A stretch of DNA of 64,000 nucleotides, taken from assembly GCA_963924565.1 (NCBI GenBank), contig OZ004608.1:30442001-30506000 (forward strand), in the 5' to 3' direction. Source of the stretch: Ascidiella aspersa. Its lineage: Eukaryota. Under the pieces are notes generated by a model. That model was not told where the DNA came from, ran no database searches, and saw nothing but the letters and a program-made list of their open reading frames with translations. The position numbers were made by a program, and so were the translations under genes. Of the stretch, positions 24,859 through 37,094 are shown in pieces. How positions within the stretch are numbered: the first letter of the stretch is position 1; each line of letters opens with the position of its first letter.

Positions 24859-26239
24859 CCGAAGTCGCATTTCCATCCGCAGCAGGTAAGGATATCCTGT
24901 GCCGACATCTCGGTGACAATCCTGGCCTGGCTGAAGATGCACTGCCGATCGGACATGACTTGCGCCGCCGCGATCGCCCGACTAGCACTGCATGCTACCC
25001 TGTATTACACACAGAGATCGGTGATGCCAATTTAAGTCAATTGCCTATATAGTCCGGCGCAAAACAGTGGTGTTCTGTCCATTGGCGATACACGAATTGA
25101 TAAGCACTGGCATGCTCTTCGTTTTTTTAGATTAAATTGTAGCTCTTCTGTATTGAAATGCGTTGTAGGGCCTATAAAATGAGACAAAATACGAGATACT
25201 ATATACGGCGTAATATCGATAGTTTCTTTGGATACAAGTTGCATTTTGAAGCCCATTAGAAGGCATTTCAAGGATAGTTGGCGAGATGTCACAGACATGC
25301 TTAATTTGAAAGATATACGTTTAAAAATAGCATTTTCACAATAGATAAGTAGGTAGTGTAAAACTTCAATGCATTAATGGTACACTTCCACTACAGCAAT
25401 AGCAAAAACAAACACATTTGTAAAGTGAGGGCCTATGACCACTGTTGACAAGCCCCTACATAAACGTAATTCTGATATTAGCCACTAGTAAATTTTAGTG
25501 TCTAAAGCCTATACCTGATCCATTGTAACACCGATCGAAGGACAATACGGCCAGTGGCCACGGGCATCGAATGCGGTGGGGATTACCCCATGTAGAGATT
25601 CCCTTTCGTTATATCTACACAGATGGGTCAAAGTTCACTCTAGCCTGAAACAACATGACAAAGCACTTTCTGGTAAATGAATTCCGATAAATCGATCCAT
25701 TTATAACTAACTATTGTTTACATAAAGCAGGGGTGTCCAACTTAAACATGCTGACGTGCCAATTTTTATCTTATAACTTCTTCCCGTGCCAAAGTTTAGC
25801 AACTATTTTTTTTCTAATTTTTAAAGGGCTTTTATGCAAAAAATGAAAACAGTATAGTGTTATCAGAAGTAATTGTCTGTGTCGCAATTGTTTTGTATTG
25901 TGAATAAACAATGACAATATGCTGTATAACAAATTTAGCTTTTTTGACAAATGGCTGTATTTTTGGGGGGCTTGCGTGCCATGCTGGACACCCCTGACCT
26001 AAAAGGGTCTCCTATAAACAGAGAGCCGTATAGGCCAAAAGTGTCGTTGGTTTAAAATTGAAATTCTATTTACAAAATGTAACACAAGTATTACCCACAC
26101 TAACCTGCCGAGAGAATTGCCTCGTATTGACGAATTCTATTAATGCATACCAGTCTGACGAGTTACCGATTCTGGATGTCAAGCCTTTATTAAACAACAC
26201 AAGCTCGAGAAAGACTAAGTAGAAAATATTTAACAGCAT
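24859..26239 (-). pseudogene. Truncated cathepsin B-like pseudogene (copy D); exons 1, 3 and 4 recognisable
   Basis: Exon 1 is 26239-26105 (MLLNIFYLVF...LIEFVNTRQFSRQ). Exon 3 is 25614-25515 (IPTAFDARGHWPYCPSIGVTMDQ). Exon 4 is 24999-24859 with a +1 frameshift, CSASRAI in place of CGSCWAF, and a donor mutated GT->AT. Exons 5-7 were not found. Confidence 0.85.
25728..25996. mobile_element. hAT MITE inside cathepsin pseudogene D
   Basis: Ends are CAGGGGTGTCCAAC/GCTGGACACCCCTG, with degenerate TSD ACATAAAG/ACCTAAAA. Confidence 0.8.
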
Positions 26240-26650
26240 GTTCTGCAAATTCACAAAGCATAAGGTAATTCGGGTTATATTTTACAACAGACTTGCGTTA
26301 AACTTTTTTTATATGGTGTCCGTGATGGATTGATACATAATTCACGCTTTGTGGTACGAGAGTGTTCTGCTATCAGCGCGGGATGCTTTTTGCACACGCT
26401 TTTGTCTGAATTAACAAAGCCGTTGGTATAACGTTGCATATTTGTTATTGGGGTCAGCTAGTGATCGTGTACTTTAATTTGGTTTAGTCGCAACAAAGTT
26501 TTACGTGCCTCATTTTCTGACTACAATTAATTTGTTTTATAATTGCATGCTATCCGTATATAGGTTGCATGTGCTTCATATTTATGTAATTTTGGTTACT
26601 TTCTGCTGACAACCAAACCTATAATATTATGAATTAAAACTGTAAAATGG

Positions 26651-29600
26651 TTAATTTAGAAACTCTACAAGTACAGTTCGACCCCAGCCGATGACCTTGA
26701 CCGCGTGACCCCCGACCTCGTTCCCGGTCACGTGATGATAAACACCTGGAAATAAAAACTTTTGAGAGTTAACAGGATCCCGCATTTTGCGACGCCGGTT
26801 GATGTCGCTGTACGATCTATTTCCAGAGTTGCAAACGACTCATATTAAAATATTTGAAGTCCCAGTCAGTTTATTTGTAAAATAACTTAAGTCAAGCCAA
26901 GTCCTTGTCATAACAGTAAACTTTAAAGAACTAAACTTTTAAAGAACCTTAAAGAACTAAAAATTGGTAAACCACAAGTCTGATTACGAGCAATAACTCA
27001 CAGAGAAACTAAATTTAATCAAAACAATATGCTTAATGAAAACATCACATTATTACCGAAGTCAGTTGTCCAAAGACTTAAGTCACATTAAGTCATTTTT
27101 CTGAAACGACTTAAGTCAAGTCAAGTCATTTAAAAACAGTGACTTAAGTAAAGTCACTGACTAACGTTATTAAAACATCGACTATTATCGCTTTCATATG
27201 TCTTTACCAAGGTAACAAATTTAACATCCAGACGCCGTATAACTTTGATTTTTAGCGACATGTGATTTACGTTGAGTTAGACTGGTGGTTCTTAACTCTT
27301 TAGTGACGTTACATTTGAGAACAACTTTAGTGGAAAAAGGTGATTTAAGATCCTGAGAAAGTTTAGTCGTACGGACTGCGCGTCCGTTTCTATTTCGACA
27401 AATGTTTTAAAAGTTTTTTTTAAGCTTAACTTGCTTCTTTTCTTAATATTTTTACCTCCTTTATACGCGAAGAAGTCCGAGTGGACGGTGAACGTGGCTT
27501 CCACCGGGCCGTTCTTGAAGATTTCCATCTGGATGTTGGCCACCCGACTGTCCACCTCGTACGCGTCCAGCGCAAAGTATTTGTCGCTCTTGTAATCAAT
27601 CGACTTATTTCCAAGACACGATCGCGAGCACTCGGGCGTGACGCTTGTGGAGGTCCGATTGCAATCGTGTTTCTTACCTGCTGAAAGGTCGGACTATAGC
27701 AGGGATTCTTAACCAGAGGAACCCCTTGGTGATACGAAGCACCACAACAGGGGGTACGACATAAAGTGTGAAGTTATGCGCTATTTAGGCATATTTGTGA
27801 AGAATGCACATTTTACTAAAAGATACAACAAAAAAGACAATAGTAAATTGACTGTTTGTTTGCGTGTTGTCAATTTTGTTGAATTTACAAAACTGTTTAA
27901 TGCATGCATTCTACTCGTAAGTTATAAATACACTGAGTTTGCTTCCTAATGTTACAATTTTATTTACTTCCTTCGGGCATTGTAGGCAGGGGTACGAGAA
28001 AATTTCATGAAAGCTCAAAGGGTAAAGGGTACGAGCGCTAAAACGGTTAAGAAACACTGGACTATAATATTTGTGCCGGATACAGCATAAATAATGTTCC
28101 ATATACAGAGTGTGGTGGTTGCCCTGGCCTATATAAGCAGATAAGTCACACTTTGTAAATGCTATGACCTGGATAAATTGTATTGGTAAATTACTTGACT
28201 TAAACTCAAGTGAGTATATTTCAGCGTTTTTAAATTTTAAGTAAACAAATTATTTTTGTAAATTACCTGACTTGGACTCAAGTGCGTATTTATAAATGAC
28301 ATTAGTGAATAAATTATTTTGGTAAATTAGGTATTCGTTTTAGACTTAAGTGTGTATTCATTTCTATTTTTAAATAACCTCGGTGAACTAATAAATTTGG
28401 AAAATTACGTGATTTTTTAACATGAGTAAATAGATTTTCTTAAGATGATTAGTTGAATTTACTTATACTCGATTAAAAAAATTAAAATTATGAAAATTGG
28501 CCAAATTTTGTTAAGTGTAATTTGGAAAGCATGCATTAGAAATAATTTGACTCGATAACCGATTTTGGTAACCATTTTGCTATATTGATGCATTGGTAGC
28601 CTAAGTTAGTTGGTTTTCATTTTGCAAAAAGTATATGTATACTGGCTTAAGGGTTATAAACTTTTAAATTGCATTGCGAACCATATGAAAGGAAAATAAT
28701 GATGATGCCTTTGTAATTTAACATAAAAGATTGCGGTGGGATTTGATGTCAGGTCTGCACCTCTCTTCAGCTTGTGGTGTTCACAAACTTTGTAGAATGG
28801 AGAATAGCAGGTTAAAATTCAGATTGGAGGCCTTTGGAGTCAATGTGAAAAATCTAGCTCACCATTGCTGGCATGGTGACACGGCGAAATGGAATACGGT
28901 TGGCAGTATTTATGGCGTCCGTAACCCTGTCCGGTTACAATTCCGTTGTACTGAAATGGAGTCTAAATACAGTCAGTGCAAACCGTTTGCTTTCTTTGAA
29001 AAAATGATTATTTTTTAAATATACACTAATATTCATGGACCCCAGTTTAAGGACCCCTAATCTATATGCTTTCAATACCAACCTACCGCTAATCGGTTTG
29101 GGAGCTTAATGCATCTGTTCCGTAAAACTCTACAATCTGAATAGACAACGCACCCAAATCCACACTCTTCGCCGCAACAGGACAGAAGATCTTGGGCGGA
29201 CAGCTGCGTTGTGATTCTTCCCTCGCTGAAAATGCACAGACGGTCGGTCATCGCTTGCACGGCGCTGATCGCCCAACTTGAGGAGCACCAGCCCTGATAG
29301 GTAAAGTTGACAGACAATTCATCAAAATTGACTGGGCTGGATTATAGGATAAAACTCGCCTTGGATCCAATTTGTACAGCAAATAGTACTGAAGCCAACG
29401 AATGACCTTGATATATTTTCAGAGAATGACACTGAATGTAGCTGACAAACCGAAATAATAACAGCTATAGAGTTTCCACTTTAGGTTATTTAAAATTTCT
29501 ACTTTTATTTAAATTTGCTTTAGTCGTTTTCAAACATATCAATATTTGCTTTTTCGAGTGCCATGCACTACAGCTTTTTTTAATTTGGTAAATGATCGCC

Positions 29601-30526
29601 CATCTGCGTCAATATAGCATCGATAAGGTTTGTTAAATTTTAAATAAAATTAATTGATCAACCAGCCCACCAGGATTTAGTTTACGGTTTACATTTATTT
29701 CTCATATGTTGCTTTTTAAAACGTACAAAAATATTGATGTCGATCTTTTCGAGTAAACTTTAGTAAATTTGAATATGACTTACCTGATCTTGAATTGAAA
29801 CGAGCGATGGGCAGTTGATCCAGTGTTCTCTTCCGTCGAAAAGCAACGGCATGCCTTTCAAGTTATTATGCAACCTGCATTCCGTAAACTAAAAAGTTCA
29901 AGTTTGACAAAACAAGTTAAAACAATGAACTGATTTAGTTTTAGTAAAGTGGCTGTAGTATTGTTAAAATAAGACGATTAAAATCATTGAAGCAAACAGT
30001 TAGGTTGTATTAAACTGTTATAGAGCATATATATCTGACTATTTTGACTTTTTTATGTAGCCTACAAAACAATTTTCCAGTTGTTAAACAATTTTGAATG
30101 TAAAGTGTACCGTGTTGCTGAAAAACATTTTGCTTTAATTTTTCATTTATTTTATTAGGCTGAATAACAGTTAGCTTACATTTTAGGCGCACGCTGTACT
30201 TTTGACTTGTTTGCCCCACAGAGTTTTTTCAAGTCGTGGGGTCTGTACAGGTCTGGATCAAAGTTGTGTCCCGCCTAAAATCAAAAGTTAAATTTAAACA
30301 TTGCTGGTTAGCATATAACTTCCTTCGTACAACTTTTTGCTGCTTGACAATCTTGCCATAAGGCTTTTAAAACATACGAAAGATGTGTTATCTGTGTACT
30401 TACCGTCCACGTTGTGTTGAGACTGTTAACATACTCCACGATATCATGGAAGTTTTCTTGTGATATAGTTGATGCACTCGACTTTAAAACTCCAACAGCA
30501 ATGAGCAAAGGCAAACAAATGAACGT
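26651..30526 (-). pseudogene. Cathepsin B-like pseudogene (copy B) with Cys->Ser nucleophile
   Basis: Exons 30526-30404 (ACG where the ATG is expected), 30274-30180, 29874-29784, 29293-29154 (QGWCSSSWAISA), ~28953-28863 (the 5' CxGGxPxxAW part is missing), 27677-27456 and 26745-26651. Homology stops after GGHAVKVIGWG and there is no ANSW. Confidence 0.88.
27700..28059. mobile_element. hAT MITE inserted about 20 nt from the exon 6 acceptor of pseudogene B
   Basis: TIRs CAGGGATTCTTAACC/GGTTAAGAAACACTG, with TSD GACTATAG/GACTATAA. Confidence 0.88.
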
Positions 30527-31303
30527 CGGAACTTTTGCCGAACTGCTCTTGTATAGTTTTAAAACAGCGTTTTTGGCCAGCCTTACCCCGATAACACAGC
30601 AACGTTTACAGTCAGGGGAGTGTCTACACTTTGATTGTACCTCAAAAAACAACTAGTCGAATGAAGGCTACATCATTATTGCTCCAGGCTACTCAGTCCA
30701 CTGATGCAACACTTTAAGTGGAAATTTGACGTACCTTTTAACACTGACATGTGAAAACCTTTAGCAGTTGGCGCTTCACAGGTCTTACCAAAAATTAAAA
30801 AACAACTTTTAGAAGCAGTATAGCCTATAGTTTATATGTCTAACTGAGCACTTGTTTCGCCGTAGTCCTTACATTTAGCTGTTTTCTTCCAGCTTGTAAA
30901 TCTAATTACCCTTTTTGGAACAGTTCAGCAACATGTTTAACCGGATGAAGCAAAGTTGAGCGAAAACCTTGTCATTATTTTAACACAATTTTTTGTGAAA
31001 GAGTGTCGCCTGATTCCCTATTTTTTGGTAATATCGGTTGCATTATTGTGTAAACTAGTGCGACGTTAATCTCTGATATAAAAGGAACTTACAAATTCGT
31101 TCGTCTGTGGCACACAAAGTGGAAATTGAACAAAACAAAAGCACAAAACTGCAAAACGTGTAAGCTCGTAACAAAGTTTTATTGGCATCAGATGAAATAT
31201 TAAAACAATTTTGCATCAAAAATACGATTGCATTGTGTTATACATTGCACACCACGAAGATGGAAGTGTAAAAAGAAAACTAGAAACAACTTTATCACTC
31301 AGA

Positions 31304-34300
31304 TTAAAGGATGCTATTCTCCACGATTTCACCAAGAGGCGTCTTCTTTCGTTTCTCCTCCTCCCAACTGCGTTTCATTAAATCATCGTCGATCCTTGGT
31401 CTTCCGGCAATCACAGAGGACTCGATGCCACACTCATTCACCTCCCGGAGAATCTTAAAGAATCCCTTCTCCCCCCAGTCGCTGTTCCAGGAGTTGGCCA
31501 CCGTCCAGTAGCGGATGTTCTGTTCTTCTCCCCAGCCGACGATCCGGACCGAGTGGATGCCGAGAAATTTTCCAGCAACGTGCTGGTACACTCCTGAAAA
31601 ATAAAACTGTTTAAGACCCGACAACTGTATAGCCTACATCTCAATAATGCGAGCAGTGACGATTTTAGGTTTGAAGTCACGCTGACAAACACTCCAAAAC
31701 TAGAAGATCATCTTGTATTCGCTATTCGGTTTATAAGTTTTCAGTTTTCGGTGTCTACAACATTTATTCGTCGACTTGTTCTTCTGTATTTACAATATAA
31801 GCTTTTCTTTATTTTTTAACTAGGCGTAATAACTAATCTACAGCATTTGATCTTTTTTCTTTGGCTGCTTTTTCTTGAAGACAATTCTCGAAATATAATT
31901 TCCGATTCTTACCAATGTCCCCGGGTCCGTTTTGAACTGACTTTACCCGATGAAACATTACAATGCCGTTGCCATTACCGATTTACTGTACTTCATGAAT
32001 ATATCGTAACGGCAATAACAAGCAACAACGAACAAACTAAAAGTTAACCATTCGTTGAAGACGCCCATTGAGGCACATATACTCCAATCTTTGACCGGCG
32101 CGATTTAAATCTCGACCTCCAGATGGTATAATGGCCTATGGAATAACTTCTTTAAATCTGATTTCATAGTGATATCAATTGAAAGGTGTCTGATACGCCT
32201 ATAAACAGTTTTTTTGAAAAAAAGTAGGAATAAACAACTCACAGAAGTAGCCTACATGAGGGGTAAAACTTCCCGAAACTAGAACACCAGGTTGTATTAG
32301 GTATATTGAAATCAGTAAGACACCAAGGATTCCTAAAAAGCCAGGAAGTAAGACATTTTTTTAATTGCTTACCGACTTTGTAGGTTAGAAAATCGGCGTA
32401 GACCTTCATGGTGGCTTGCACCGGACCGTTGATGAACATCTCCATCTGGATTTGGGCCACGTCGCTGCTTACTTTGTACGTGTCAACGCCGAAGTACTTG
32501 TCCTGCTCGTACACCAAAGACTTGTTTCCCTGGCAGGTTCCGCTGCACTGCGGAGTTTCGTTGGTTTCGTTGCAAAGCGGCCTGGGCCCTACACGGAAAT
32601 CAATGTGTAATATATGACTTACTTTTGAAGTCCAATACAAATTTATTGATTTTCGGCTAATCCGGTTGGTGAGAGAATCTTTAAATATAGTTGACATGAC
32701 AAATTTTAGCTGCATTCTAAATTAAACAAGCGTTAGGTTTTAAAAATTATAATCGCGGTTAGTGTTTTCCTAAAGGTGTATTGGAATTATTTATTTATTT
32801 CAATTGGATAAAAAAGTGCCAAATGACATAAAATCATTAATCGTACATATTACATTTTTAGACAGCCCAATTTAAAATTATTTTTGTTTAGAATTTAAGG
32901 TATTTTCTTTTTAATGTTATTTGATGGTCACCAAACACAATTTGGACTGTTTGACTAAATAACCAAATAATGGCAAATTAATTTATTAACTTGACTTATG
33001 TCCACTTGATTAACTGCTTTGAAATAACTTAGGTCTTTTTGGTAAAATTAATTGACTTAAGTCTTTTGACCAAATAAATTGGGTTAAATTAAGTGTTTTT
33101 TTCCTTTTTTGTGATTTGAATTAGACTGGGACTTGACTTGGACTTAAGGTATTTAAAAATGAGTTGTTTACAATGCTGGAATTTTATCGCAAAACCACTG
33201 AGATAAAAGCGCCAAGCTGGATAAAATATAGGTATAGACTACCTGAGCCGTTATGACTGCAGGGTGGAAACGCGTAGGGCTGACAGTATTTCTTGTCATT
33301 GTAGCTAGATCCGCTCACAATGCCGGTCCACTGCCAATAGTTCCACGCTGCAAGCGGGTAACCACCTCGACATCTAAATGTATTAAATAAAACAATAAAT
33401 ATTTTAAATTTTTGTAGAGAAACTTTTTTCAGTGGAAGATAAATCCCCTATTTTTGCGTTATTTTAACCCCTATTTTTGCGTTATTTTAGTGTACATCGT
33501 GTCAAATAACGCTGATTTTAAGAAATTAAGCGAAAGAGATGACTTAAAAACAAGGGTCATTGAAAGACAGATATAACAATGGGTTTAAACTTTGTTACCT
33601 TTATTATTATTAAACTATAAAGACGATTTTTTTCACAAAATATGGGGTAAATCGTGAAAATATAATCGTTTTGTAAAACACGTTCTTAAAATTTAGTCTA
33701 CATTTCCATCCCAAAAACACGTCGCTCATTAAACTACCATTAACAGTTTTTAATTCAATAAGAGAATATGTCGCTCGGGGTCCGTATAGTTGATTGAACC
33801 CTGCAAGGGTAGTAAAAGGCTTATATACATATTTTATTTTCATGAGTAAAAAAATGCACGAAACAACAAATGTGAAAATTTTTTAACACAAACTTTTTTT
33901 CTGCAAGCTCCTACCCTTGACCGCATCTCCATCCGCAACAAGATAGCAGGTCTTCGGCGGAGAGCTGGGTGACGACCCGGCCTTGACTGAAAATGCAGAT
34001 CCGGTCACTCATTGTGTGCGCTGCGCCCACGGCCCAGTCCGAGCCACAGGAACCCTTCAATAGAAGATATTTTGGACCTAAGGCTTCAACTGCAATATGT
34101 TTTTTACTCTAAAAGGCATAGGATCGATATTAATAGGTTTTTGCCTAAAACAATGTTTTGTATACATTGTATAGAAATTTTCGTTCACGATTAACTGGAC
34201 AAGACTTCTTTAACAGCGCACATGCATCGCATGCACTATAGCTTTCGTTTTTACCATTGACGGTTTTAAATGCATTGTATGCATCACTGCACAGATGTTA

Positions 34301-35648
34301 TTCGTATGGTTTAACAAATTAATCGATTTAAAATCACAGGTGGTAAAACTACTTCGTTCAGATATATAACCAGACCGATACTTTATATCTTATTCGGATA
34401 GCGATGTTTGACATTGCGGGAAGAGATTATGGCGTTCTAATCTTATAACAAATGACGTCATTACTGTGATCAAACAGGCACAATTAATTAAGTTCGACCG
34501 TGAAAAGGAATGTTGCCAGGCTAAAATTTATTTTAGATGGAAGACGCTAAGTTGCATTTACATGGCGTTTTGCTATTTTTCGATCAAAGAGTGCCGCGTT
34601 GTATTGCAAACTATCGACTGAAATGCCCTTTTTTGGTATTGGACAGAACCGATATTACCCTATAGTAACGGACAAGTACTTGACATCGGGTATCCCGTAC
34701 AATATACGATACTATCAGACATACCTTCTATGTGGGCTCGGTTTTACTACTCAAGCTAGCTGGCTGTTAAAAAATGGATCGAAGATACCATAATAGTTAT
34801 CTTGTTTCAGTAAAACCACTTCGTTAAAGTCTTACCTGGTCGCTCACTTGTTTGATTGTCGGGCAAAACGGCCAATGCCCACCCGATTGAAAGAGAAACG
34901 GGATTTTGATCTTGAACTGGCGGTATCTAAGCACAAATGCATTTCCTTAAATTGTTGTCTAACAAGTTGGAGAAGAAATATATCATTCTCTTTTCTTACA
35001 TCGTCGGTATTATTTCTTCATTGTTTGGATTATTCTTTTGAAGCGTCCCGCATAGATACGATAGATCATCAGGGACGTACTGCTCCGGATTAAAGTTATG
35101 GCCTGCCTTCAGATAATAAAAAAACGTTAATTACGTTCCTTTACTTTATCTCCTATAAATTGATATGCAGAGTATATGCCTTTATTGCTTCTTAGATAAA
35201 AAAATGAAAAATTGATTGTACGAACTTATACAATCACAACTAAACATTACGAAAAGTCTCATACTAAAACGGAAGCTGTTGTTTTTCTTTAAAACTAACA
35301 AAACAACCCTAATCGTGACACGTTTTGCATGAAGCAGACTTTTAGCAACTTGTAGGGCTGTAAGCCAGGCATTGCTGACCTGCCGAATCGCATTTTTTTA
35401 TTTTTCATGACTTTGCTGTGTGATGTCACATCCGCATAAGCACAATCAACCCCTAAGTTAATCCATTTACTTGGTCAGTGCCTGAAATTATCCGCGGCGT
35501 TCAAAATGATCAAACTTCGAACAAAGCTTACCTTCCATGTAGTATTGACGCCGTTCACGTCGTTGATTAATTCCTGAAAGGCGTTGATACTTCCTGCTGA
35601 TATCTGACTGGCGACGCATATAAAAACAATAAATCCGATCAACCACAT
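31304..35648 (-). CDS. Intact cathepsin B-like protein (copy C, 363 aa) with catalytic Cys replaced by Asp; probable pseudopeptidase
   Basis: Exons 35648-35532, 35106-35000, 34926-34836, 34054-33915, 33373-33243, 32588-32373 and 31593-31304, all GT-AG and in frame (1092 nt). Motifs are [12 protein letters not shown] (GAC at 34039-34037), occluding loop PCSHN, GIHSV and ANSW, plus a C-terminal extension. Confidence 0.9.
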
Positions 35649-37094
35649 TGTGCAATTTCGTAACAGTCCTAAGCAACCCACTAGCGTTTCGTTATGTCAA
35701 CTGACTTTCCATTGAATGGAAACGTTTATAATAGTTCCTCGCCTTTTGTAAGATCAAAGCACAGTGAAAGTTTATCGAATAGGTTTTAAACCAAAACCAA
35801 AGCCACCCATCAACAATCAATCAATGCTCTTTCATTATCACGCCCCGGGGCAGGCTGCGAACGACTGGTTTTGGACTGTCATTTGTGTACATTAACCGCA
35901 AACGAACGGTTTTACAGCAAAACACGTGCTACATTTATCTGATTTAAGTTAGCAAAAATAGTAATTTAAATATGGACGTTATACTATCGGTGTTAAGGAA
36001 AATATTGGCAAAAAATGGCAGAAGCAGCGATTAAATTGGCAAAATATCTATGAAGTAATGCTATGTTGTCTGTGGGTAAAAATATTGAGGCCTAAAACCT
36101 ACAGATATTTATTTCTGATTACTGTCTGTTCTTTTTTCTTAAAATCAGTATGCCCTACTATATAATCAACTATTGACTGATAATATTGAATCGCAAAGAG
36201 TAGGAGAAGGCTTTGCAATTCACTATCAAGCTAAATTGCAGATCCGTGTATAGTGTACCCAACTGTAAACTGCCTAATCGAAAAGCTTTGGTTTTGTTCG
36301 ATTTTGCGCACTGTCGCCAGAATAGTCTGTCAAAACTACAGATATGAAACACGCTTACATTGCTGCACGATTGAAAGTCCAAAACAACAGTTTTTTCCGC
36401 CGCAGCTTCCGATTATGTGACAAACGCAGGCGTATGACTTAGCCCAGTCTAGGGTATGCTGTGATTAGCACGCCCACGTCGCCCAGTCAACGCAATGTTG
36501 GGTCTCATATCAAGTGACGCATTTCACCCCATGTTTACCGACACGTGTCGATTTTTGCTGGCAACGTACAGAACAAAATATTACATGCAAATGCGCATTT
36601 GCAATTACAAGTTCATAACATTGGACAGCGTTGTAACGACTTGTCAATGACTTGACTTAACTGTACTTAAACCACTGTTTATAAATGACTCCACTTGAAT
36701 TAAGTCGTTTTTTTGTAAACTGACTTGACTGACATACTCTGGACAAACGACTTGACTTGGACCTAGCTGATAAATAAAAATTTTAATTGAATTTATTCAT
36801 CATTTGATTATAAACAAGGTGTATTTTCAAGTTTTTTTACGTCAAATGATTACATTGTAACATGTTAGTTTTTTGTCATGTTTAAGTTGAATATTATTGC
36901 TCGTTAAAATCGGACGAGTTTACTTGTTTTAAAAGACTTGACTTGGTTATCACTTTGCATTGGGTTCCGAATCGGATATCGCTAGAAAACATGGCCACAA
37001 CCGATTTTGGGTGTATAACACATGTTCGTGCAAGAATAGCGCACGAGTCGCGGGTATTTCAAATGTTTTTTATTCCTTGGACACATATACAAAC

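Noticed and set aside
29154-29293. Calling the Ser-type copies true TINAGL1 or silicatein orthologues
   Set aside because: They share exon structure and propeptide with the adjacent cathepsin B (copy B also keeps the occluding loop) and lack a somatomedin-B domain, so the Ser is best read as convergent.
30527-30652. N-terminal extension of copy B from the TTG at 30652 in the ORF track
   Set aside because: Non-ATG start with no similarity to the paralogues; homology begins at the signal peptide near 30526.
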